Below are positions 8,900-18,261 of a stretch of DNA of 64,000 nucleotides, piece by piece. The notes beneath the pieces are model-generated. The model made no database searches. It was not told the origin of the DNA and saw only the letters and a program-made list of their open reading frames with translations. The DNA is taken from positions 1,248,001 through 1,312,000 of the forward strand of contig OZ241869.1 in NCBI GenBank assembly GCA_965202805.1, given 5' to 3'. The first letter of the stretch is position 1. Each line of letters begins with the position of its first letter. A program made the position numbers and the translations under genes. Origin of the DNA: Longimicrobiales bacterium (GTDB lineage: Bacteria > Gemmatimonadota > Gemmatimonadetes > Longimicrobiales > Gaopeijiaceae).

Positions 8900-10956
8900 T
8901 GAGCCAGGAGACCGCTCCCCGCGACCGCATCTCCTTTCCCCACAAGATCGCCTACGGGATCGGCGGCTTCGTAAACAACCTGCTGGCGCAGGGCATCGGC
9001 AACATGATGATCGTGCTGACGCTGGCGCTGGGGATGGACTTCCGCGCGGTCGGCCTGCTCGGCAGCCTGCCGCGCGCCTTCGACGCCGTCACCGATCCCC
9101 TGGTCGGGTTCATCTCCGACAGGACCAGATCCCGATGGGGCCGGCGCAGGCCGTTCCTCTTCGCCGGGGCGATCGCGTCGGGGATCGTCTTCGTCCTGCT
9201 CTGGCAGATGCCGGCGCCGACCCAGTTCCGGCTCAAGCTGGTCGACTACGGCGCGGACGGGGTCTACAGCGGCGGCGAGACGGGCGAGCCGGTGGGGCTG
9301 CTGGCATCCGTAGGGGAATCGCTCAGGGGCATCGTCAGCGTCGAACTGATCGACGATGTCGAGGACGAAGTCACCGTCCTGCCCCCAACGCTGGTCACCG
9401 GCGCCTGGGTGAGCATCGACATACCGCTTGCCGACTTCGACGAGCTCGCGACCCGCGAGCATCTTTCGCAGATCCTGATCTCGGGGGACCTGACCGAGGT
9501 TCATGTCGACAACGTCTACCTCTACCGCAGCGCCGACACTGCCCGGGCGGGGCCCGCGGGAGAGGACGTGGAGGGAGTGGCCGCGCCGAACACAGCCGCG
9601 CCGGCGCCAACGCCGGCTGCGGAAGACGTCATCTCGTTCTTCAGCGGCGCCTACGACGATGTCCCGGTCCAGTTCTGGTCCACGGACTGGGACCAGGCGG
9701 ACGTCGCGGACACCGAGGCCGGCGGCGACGCCGTCAAGCACTACACGAACATGCGCTTCGCCGCGATCGACTTCGGCGAGACCCCCGTCGACGCCAGCGA
9801 GATGACGCACGTCCACATGGACGTCTGGACCCCGGAGCCCACCGGCGAGGGCCGGAGCCAGAGCTACTACTTCTGGTACTTCCTGATCGGATCGCTGGTC
9901 TTCTTCCTGGCCTACACCGTCTTCGCGACACCCTGGGTGGCCCTCGGATACGAGCTGACGCCCGACTACAACGAACGCACGCGGCTGATGGGGGTGCAGA
10001 ACTTCGTCTCCAACATCGCCTTCGTCATCGGGCCCTGGTTCCTCGTGATCATGACCAATCCGGCGTGGTTCAGGAACCAGATGGCCGGGGCCAGGTTCCT
10101 CGCGCTCGCCATCTGCATCACGACCATCGTGCTGGGCGTGCTTCCGGCGATCTTCCTGCGGGAGCGGGTGCCGACGAGAGATGCCGCAACGGACGGCAGC
10201 AGCTTCGGGGAGAGCGTGATGCAGTTCCTCAAGGGGCTGCTGCAGACGGTCAGGACGGGTCCCTTCCTTCTGCTCTGCGTCGCGACGTTCCTGATCTTCA
10301 ACAGCTTCATCATGATCTCCCAGTTCCAGTTCTGGGTGTTCGCCTACTACATCTCCGGCGGGAACATCGGCGACGGAGCGGCCCTGGCCGGGCTGGTCGG
10401 GACACTGGGCATCGTCGCGGGCTTCGCGGTGATCGTGTTGGTCACCTGGCTGGGCACCAGAATCGGGAAGAAAAACGCGTTCTTCGTGTCGACGGGCATC
10501 TCGATGTTCGGCTATGCGCTGAAGTGGTTCTGCTATTCGCCCGAATATCCGATGCTGGCGCTGCTGCCCGCCCCGTTCCTGGCCTTTGGTCTGGGCGGAC
10601 TCTTCACGCTCATGGGATCCATGATCGCGGATGTGGTTGATCTGGACGAAATCAGCACCGGCGAGCGGCGCGAGGGGATGTTCGGGTCGGTCTACTGGTG
10701 GGTCGTCAAGGTGGGCCAGAGCCTCGCGATACTCGCGGGAGGATTCCTGCTCTATTCGACGGGGCTCGACCCGGCGCTGGGAGCGAACCAGCCCGAAGGG
10801 ACGATCTTCTGGCTGCGTTTCTACGACGCCTTCGTGCCGCTCGCCGCATCGGCCATCGCTGTGTACGCCGTCTACAGGTACCCGATCACCGAAGAGAGCG
10901 CGCTCAGGGTGCGGGACGAGCTGGAGCGCAGGCGGGGAGCGAGGGCGACGGCCTGA
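8896..10956 (+). CDS. MFS glycoside-pentoside-hexuronide (GPH) sugar transporter with a ~205-aa inserted periplasmic CBM-like domain
   Basis: GPH motifs DAVTDPLVGFISDRTRSRWGRRRPF, ELTPDYNERTRL, MIADVVD...TGERREG, YPIT. At 686 aa it is about 200 aa longer than a typical GPH permease; the extra lies at 9226-9834, between TM3 and TM4. Confidence 0.9.
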   Translation: MMSQETAPRDRISFPHKIAYGIGGFVNNLLAQGIGNMMIVLTLALGMDFRAVGLLGSLPRAFDAVTDPLVGFISDRTRSRWGRRRPFLFAGAIASGIVFVLLWQMPAPTQFRLKLVDYGADGVYSGGETGEPVGLLASVGESLRGIVSVELIDDVEDEVTVLPPTLVTGAWVSIDIPLADFDELATREHLSQILISGDLTEVHVDNVYLYRSADTARAGPAGEDVEGVAAPNTAAPAPTPAAEDVISFFSGAYDDVPVQFWSTDWDQADVADTEAGGDAVKHYTNMRFAAIDFGETPVDASEMTHVHMDVWTPEPTGEGRSQSYYFWYFLIGSLVFFLAYTVFATPWVALGYELTPDYNERTRLMGVQNFVSNIAFVIGPWFLVIMTNPAWFRNQMAGARFLALAICITTIVLGVLPAIFLRERVPTRDAATDGSSFGESVMQFLKGLLQTVRTGPFLLLCVATFLIFNSFIMISQFQFWVFAYYISGGNIGDGAALAGLVGTLGIVAGFAVIVLVTWLGTRIGKKNAFFVSTGISMFGYALKWFCYSPEYPMLALLPAPFLAFGLGGLFTLMGSMIADVVDLDEISTGERREGMFGSVYWWVVKVGQSLAILAGGFLLYSTGLDPALGANQPEGTIFWLRFYDAFVPLAASAIAVYAVYRYPITEESALRVRDELERRRGARATA

Positions 10957-11034
10957 CCGGGGTCGGCCACCTGAGTCGGCGTGCGTCCGCGGACGAGTCG
11001 AGTCACGAGCGGCCGGCGGCGCCCGCGCGCGACC

Positions 11035-12963
<1,929 letters not shown>

Positions 12964-13012
12964 GGATCGGCGACGGGGACCTGGGAGTTCACGCAGCCGG
13001 GCAGGCTCGTTC

Positions 13013-16000
13013 CTACAACCCGATGTGCAGATAGGTGCGGACTTCCCACTCACTTCCCTGCCGGCTGCCGCCAGCCATGGGGTTGCACACCTGTTTGCCC
13101 GCCTGGTCGGACATCATGGCCGGACAGAACCTGGGAGAATACTCGTCCAGGCTGCGCCACGTCGCGCGCACGCCGAAGCGGGTCTGGGGAAGATCGAACC
13201 AGCCGGGCACGCCGAGCACGTAGGAAACATCCCCCATGACCTGCATCGGGAAGGTGTGGTTGTAGTCCCGGTGGTAGTCGTAGGGGCCCCAGTCGTTGAA
13301 GCGAAGGAAGCTCTGGATCTTGACCGGTCCCGTGATCATGCGGATGTCGCCTCCCAGCCGTTTCACAAGCCGCTGGTCGCTCCCGTTGGGCTCCGCCGTC
13401 CCGGTATACACGTTGGCCACGAAGCCCCCGCCCCCCGGACGCTTCGAAACCAGGCGCGCCCGCAACTCCCAGAGATCTCTGGCCGCCGGCGCGCTGGGGA
13501 AGGCGAAGGCAGTGCGCCCGTCGGGCAGAATGCCGATGCCGGCGTCCTGGGTCGTGGCGAAACTCCGGTACACGAAACCCACCGACGCGGCGAACGGGGC
13601 GTCCTCGCGGATATCGCTGTCCCAGTTGTACATCCAGGTGGCGGGAGTGGGATCGTAGGTGATGAGCAGCTCTGCCGCGGTGCTCTCCCGGTTCCCGCCG
13701 CGGACCGCGAACGGGTCGTCGAGGATGTTGCGGGGACGGGCGGGCGCCGGGAGCCCGGCGGGGATCGGTCCCACCAGGGGCTTCTGCCACATGAAGTTGG
13801 GCGCCACCTGCCAACTGCCGGAGTTGATGGCCAGACCGGTGAGGAAGCTCCACCGGTTGCCGATGCCCGAGTCCTTCAGGTGCCATCCGGTGAAGGTGAG
13901 CGTCTGCGTGGGGCCGCCATCGGCAACCAGGCCCATGGCCGCTCCCTCGGCGTACCAGTTCCAGCGTCCCCTGGTCACGGTGAGCTTCGCCTTGGCCCCC
14001 AAAGCGTCGGATGCCTGGATCTCGTCCCCCAGCACCCGGCCGTTCTCGGCGATCTGGAAGGCTTCCCCCACCTTCGTGGAGCCCGACCAGATGCCACCCA
14101 GATCGAGCCCGACTCCACCGCTGGAGGCGGCCGCGAGGTGAAGCGTCGCCTTGCGGGTGGGCGGCAGCGGAATCGCGAACGAACTCGCGACCGACTGCTG
14201 CTCCGCCAGGTCCTCCTGGAAGATGCCCGTGACCTGGAAGGGGCCCGTCTGCCGCTGGTACTTGGCGAGCACGGCCGGGTTGGCGCCCCACCACAGCTCG
14301 GGACCGATGGCCACCTTGAGGCCGCTCAGGGCGCGCTTGCCCATGACCTCCATCCCGAGCGGGGCCACACCGTTGTATATGTCGATGTTGGGCCCGTAGT
14401 TGGCCTCGGGATACAGGCCGAAGAAATCGCCTTCGTATCCCCAGTGATAGTGGCCGGTGCGGTAGAAGCCGTCCAGCCGGAACCAGCGGTCGTCCCAGGA
14501 CACGTTGGCCCGATAGACCTTGACGCGCTCCAGATCGTTCAGCGCCAGCGGCTCGCCGTCGGAACTCACCATGCGCGACCGGCCGCGGTTCTCGTAGAAG
14601 ATCTCGTCAATGGGGTTCGACGGCACGTCGCCGAGCACGTTGAACGACAGGGTGGCGAGCATGTTCTGGGTCGGGCGCGCGGTGAGGTCGGCGTAGAAGG
14701 ACTGCTTCTTGTCGAATCCCATGAACCCCGGACGCGCGATGCTTCCCGGGACCGGGTTCGCGGGTGTGCTCAACAGTGAACCGCCCGTGCTGTAGGTTTC
14801 CAGCTCGATGCGAAGGCCGCTCAGGTGCACGCGGTCACGCGCGGACGCCAGCAGCGCGGCGCGGTCGCCCAGCGCCTGCAGTCCCGCGTCGGCCGCCTCG
14901 ATGGAGCCGAAGTGCTCGCGGATCGTATCCAGATCCGTACCGGGCGCATACGGGTCGAGCCGGTAGGCCTCCTGCAATGCGTAGTAGGCCGCCCGCGGGT
15001 ACAGGTCGTAGAGCTTCCGGTGGTCGGCCGGCCCCTTGGCCACGATCCCCCACCACTCCTCGTTCATGTTGTTGTCGCCCGCCACGAAATCCTCGGGATA
15101 GGCGTCGTTGGCCCAGGACGCGTTCGTGTCCTGGATGTCCAGGCGGTCTTCCTGGCCGAACTTCCACCACCCGTCCGTCCACTGGAAGGTCAGGCCGCCG
15201 ATGGAGTTGCCCACGAGGCCCTTCCCCGCCGACTGCTCGTAGATCTCCTGCCACTGGCCCACCAGGTAGCGGGCCTGGGTGACCTGGTCCTCGCGCATGC
15301 GCCGCGCGTCCCACACGTCCGCGCCGAACTCGGTGAACATCACGGGCACGCCGACAACGTCGTGGACGTCCTGGAAGAGCTGGCCGAAGGAGATGCCCCG
15401 GTACACGTTGGTGCCGAAAACGTCCAGATCCGGAATCTCCTCGGCGATGATGTCGAGGTACTGCAGATCGCCGTTGGCCATGGCGATGGGCCGGGACGGA
15501 TCCATCTCCTTGATCCTTCGGGCGACGTCGCCGAAGAGCGAGTACATGTAGCGCGCACGCACGGCGTCCGCCTCGCCCTGGGGCAGATCCTCGGTTTCGG
15601 CTGAACTCCACACGAGGCCGTAGTTGTTCTCGTTGCCCAGCAGCCACATGAGGACGCCCGGGACGTCCTTGAACTCGTCCACCATGGCCTCGATCTCGGT
15701 CATCACGACTTCCCGCGCGCGCGGATCCGAGTAATCGGTGTTGGCATTGAAGACGCCGCCCACCGTTACGCCATAGCGGGCCACCGCGTGGTTGAGGACG
15801 GTGAAGATCCCGTAGCGCTCGTAGATGTGCCGGACCCATTTCGGCTGGATGCCGACGTATGCGCGGATGGCGTTTCCACCCATCGCCTTGAGCACGGTCA
15901 TCTCCCGCTCGAGCGCGGCCTCGATGACCTCGTCGGACTCCGACCAGAAGTTGTAGTTGTAGGTCGTTCCGATGGGGAAATAGTCCCAGTTCACGCCCAG

Positions 16001-16195
16001 CACCATGAAGTCCTCGCCGTCCACCTGCAGCCGCTGGCCGGAATCGTCGGTGACGATGCGGATTTCGGGGAGGTGGGTCTCGTCGGTCTGGCTCGAGGCC
16101 GGAGTGGCGGCGGCCAGCAGGAAAACCGCCGCCATCGGGGCGCCGATCCAGGATCGGACGACGAAGCCGGCTGAGTGGTGATGTATCCGGTTCAT
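13013..16195 (-). CDS. Clan GH-A (GH2/GH158-like) TIM-barrel hydrolase fused to a C-terminal putative outer-membrane beta-barrel
   Basis: Signal peptide; GVNWDYFPIG, MGGNAIRAY, acid/base WLLGNEN, nucleophile MFTEFG, FQWTDGWWK. The C-terminal ~600 aa is rich in alternating amphipathic strands and ends in a beta-signal-like WEVRTYLHIGL. RBS GGAGGA. Confidence 0.75.
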   Translation of the reverse strand: MNRIHHHSAGFVVRSWIGAPMAAVFLLAAATPASSQTDETHLPEIRIVTDDSGQRLQVDGEDFMVLGVNWDYFPIGTTYNYNFWSESDEVIEAALEREMTVLKAMGGNAIRAYVGIQPKWVRHIYERYGIFTVLNHAVARYGVTVGGVFNANTDYSDPRAREVVMTEIEAMVDEFKDVPGVLMWLLGNENNYGLVWSSAETEDLPQGEADAVRARYMYSLFGDVARRIKEMDPSRPIAMANGDLQYLDIIAEEIPDLDVFGTNVYRGISFGQLFQDVHDVVGVPVMFTEFGADVWDARRMREDQVTQARYLVGQWQEIYEQSAGKGLVGNSIGGLTFQWTDGWWKFGQEDRLDIQDTNASWANDAYPEDFVAGDNNMNEEWWGIVAKGPADHRKLYDLYPRAAYYALQEAYRLDPYAPGTDLDTIREHFGSIEAADAGLQALGDRAALLASARDRVHLSGLRIELETYSTGGSLLSTPANPVPGSIARPGFMGFDKKQSFYADLTARPTQNMLATLSFNVLGDVPSNPIDEIFYENRGRSRMVSSDGEPLALNDLERVKVYRANVSWDDRWFRLDGFYRTGHYHWGYEGDFFGLYPEANYGPNIDIYNGVAPLGMEVMGKRALSGLKVAIGPELWWGANPAVLAKYQRQTGPFQVTGIFQEDLAEQQSVASSFAIPLPPTRKATLHLAAASSGGVGLDLGGIWSGSTKVGEAFQIAENGRVLGDEIQASDALGAKAKLTVTRGRWNWYAEGAAMGLVADGGPTQTLTFTGWHLKDSGIGNRWSFLTGLAINSGSWQVAPNFMWQKPLVGPIPAGLPAPARPRNILDDPFAVRGGNRESTAAELLITYDPTPATWMYNWDSDIREDAPFAASVGFVYRSFATTQDAGIGILPDGRTAFAFPSAPAARDLWELRARLVSKRPGGGGFVANVYTGTAEPNGSDQRLVKRLGGDIRMITGPVKIQSFLRFNDWGPYDYHRDYNHTFPMQVMGDVSYVLGVPGWFDLPQTRFGVRATWRSLDEYSPRFCPAMMSDQAGKQVCNPMAGGSRQGSEWEVRTYLHIGL

Positions 16196-16277
16196 GGCAA
16201 GACTCCTCCGATGGGCTCCAGCCCGCGCGGGGCGTGCCGTTCAGGACGGCGCAATCTGCCCCGGCGCTCCGCGCGTA

Positions 16278-16302
16278 ACTTTGTTCGCCATCCGAACAAA
16301 GT
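16278..16302. promoter_or_regulatory. Second ROK-type palindromic operator
   Basis: ACTTTGTTCG-CCATC-CGAACAAAGT, with the same arms as 4255-4279. Confidence 0.8.
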
Positions 16303-16327
16303 GAGGAGTCGTCCCGGGCCCTGTCAA
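16298..16327 (-). promoter_or_regulatory. Sigma70-type promoter of the leftward glucan operon
   Basis: Minus strand TGC-TTGACA (16327-16322), 18 nt, CACTTT (16303-16298). The -35 box contains the TGA stop of the upstream MutS-like gene. Confidence 0.65.
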
Positions 16328-18261
16328 GCAGAAAACGCGCGATTGTCGTCAGGCAAGGCGAGTCCCGCGAGCTCCAGCAGCCGCAAGGCGTTCGTCGAGG
16401 TGGCGATGCCGATCCTGAGGCGATAGTCGAAGGTGAGGCCCTCGCTCCCGTCGCCGACGGACTCGGTCAGGTGGACGGGGACGGCGCTCACGTTCAGATC
16501 TTCCGCGTCGGCCAGCGACAGGTCGTGAGTCGTGACGGCGCCGATGGCGCCCGAGCGGAGCAGCCTTCGCAGGACGGTTCGCGCGGCGATTCTGCGTTCG
16601 GCGCTGTTGGTGCCCTGGAGGATCTCGTCGAGGAGGTAGAGGACTCCGGGACCCCCGGACGCTGCGCCATCTGCCGATGCCCCTTCTCCGGCACCGGGTC
16701 CGGGCGCCGCGCCGGCCGTTTCGGCCGCATCCACGACCTGCTTGAGGCGCCGCAGTCCGGCCATGAAGAAGGACACGCCGTCGGCGAGGGAGTCCGCGAC
16801 ATGCATGCTGGTGACGACGCGCAGCGGTGGAATGCGGAGAGCTTCGGCGCACACCGGTCCACCCGCCTGGCCGAGCACGGCATTCAGGCCGACGGCCTTC
16901 ACGAGCGTGGACTTCCCGGACATGTTCGATCCCGTCACCAGGAGAAACGAGCCTGCCGGGCCCACCTCCACGTCGTTGCGCACGCAGAGTTCCGGAGCGA
17001 GAAGAGGATGGCCCAGCGCCCGCCCCCGGAGCGTGGTGGCTTCGGCGTCCAGCGTGGGCATGGTCCAGTCGGGATGATCGGCGGCGAGCGCCGCCAGGGC
17101 GGCCAGCGCCTCGGCTTCGCCAACGGCGTCGATCCACCCGCGGACGCGAGCGCCCGACCCCTTCTTCCAGCGTTCGAGCGCGGCCAGGACATGGACGTCC
17201 CAGAGCAGGACCAGGGAAAGGGGAACGTGGAAGAGGGGCGACCTCCTGACTTCCGCCATGTCCAGCAGCCGGCGCAGCGTCGCGATCTCCCGATGGGCGG
17301 GTCTCGTGCCGGCGCCCAGCCGTCGTCGGAGATCCGTCGCGTAGCGTGACTCGAGGGGTGCGTCGGCCAGGAGGCCGAGCAACGGCCCGTAGTGCCGCAC
17401 GCCCGATTCGCCATCGTCGGCCTCGGAGCAGGCCCGGTTGATCGCCTTCCACGCCGGCGCCATCACCAGAGCCGACACCAGCAGCGGCCAGGCGACGACA
17501 GCCGTGGGCGCCATCCCCAGAGAGTAGAGAATGATGGCGGCCAGATTCACCGGCGGAAGCAGAATCGCCGCCGCGCGAAGCCAGGTGCGCCCGGACAGCC
17601 AGCCCGGACTCTCGCACCAGCGCAGGAAGTCCTCCACCTCCTCCACCGAGTCGCCGTTCATCAGGCGGGCTTCGGCCGCGATGCGGTCCCGGAGATCGAA
17701 GGCGCCGTCCATCTCGCGCACCGCCTCCTGCCGCAAGGCGATGGTCTCCGGGTCCGCCGGAGCGAGAAGCCAGGACCAGAGCGTCGCCCGGCCGGGCGCG
17801 GTTCCGCAGACTCCCGTCAGGTGAACGAGCGACGCGCGACCGTGCAGGTCCAGGTCGTCCGCGTAGTCGTGGTTCCGCGGCACGGCCGGACTGAACGGCC
17901 GGGGCAGACCGGACCACCGGCGCTCGACGCGCGCGATCCCCTCCCGATTGAAGTCGGCCATCAGCTCGGCGCGGCGCAGACGCCGCCGGGCGGCCCGGTG
18001 TCGCGCGACCAGGATCGCGAAGGCCGCGACCGCGCCCGCCACGAGCAGCCAGGCGGCCTGGCCGCGTCCCTGGGAGATCAACAGCCAGGCGCCGACCCCG
18101 GCGGCCGCGAAGACCCCCAGCCGGAGCCGCTCGAGCAACCGGACCACGCCGGCCCTCCCGGCCGCCTCGCGATCGAAGCGGCGGGCGCGGTCCGCGTATC
18201 GGTCGGCGGGCGGTTCGACAGCTTCCGCGCCGGGTGAGGTTGGCTCCGTTCGGGTGCTCAC
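16324..18261 (-). CDS. Membrane-anchored MutS-like ATPase (MutS domain V only)
   Basis: Walker A VTGSNMSGKST, DSLADGVSFFMAGL, Walker B YLLDEILQGTNS, TTHDL, TFDYRL...STNALRLL; several hydrophobic helices in the N-terminal half; no mismatch-binding domain. Confidence 0.85.
   Translation of the reverse strand: MSTRTEPTSPGAEAVEPPADRYADRARRFDREAAGRAGVVRLLERLRLGVFAAAGVGAWLLISQGRGQAAWLLVAGAVAAFAILVARHRAARRRLRRAELMADFNREGIARVERRWSGLPRPFSPAVPRNHDYADDLDLHGRASLVHLTGVCGTAPGRATLWSWLLAPADPETIALRQEAVREMDGAFDLRDRIAAEARLMNGDSVEEVEDFLRWCESPGWLSGRTWLRAAAILLPPVNLAAIILYSLGMAPTAVVAWPLLVSALVMAPAWKAINRACSEADDGESGVRHYGPLLGLLADAPLESRYATDLRRRLGAGTRPAHREIATLRRLLDMAEVRRSPLFHVPLSLVLLWDVHVLAALERWKKGSGARVRGWIDAVGEAEALAALAALAADHPDWTMPTLDAEATTLRGRALGHPLLAPELCVRNDVEVGPAGSFLLVTGSNMSGKSTLVKAVGLNAVLGQAGGPVCAEALRIPPLRVVTSMHVADSLADGVSFFMAGLRRLKQVVDAAETAGAAPGPGAGEGASADGAASGGPGVLYLLDEILQGTNSAERRIAARTVLRRLLRSGAIGAVTTHDLSLADAEDLNVSAVPVHLTESVGDGSEGLTFDYRLRIGIATSTNALRLLELAGLALPDDNRAFSA

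Noticed and set aside
16324..18261. mutS or mutS2 call
   Set aside because: Only the ATPase domain is present; no mismatch-binding or Smr domain.
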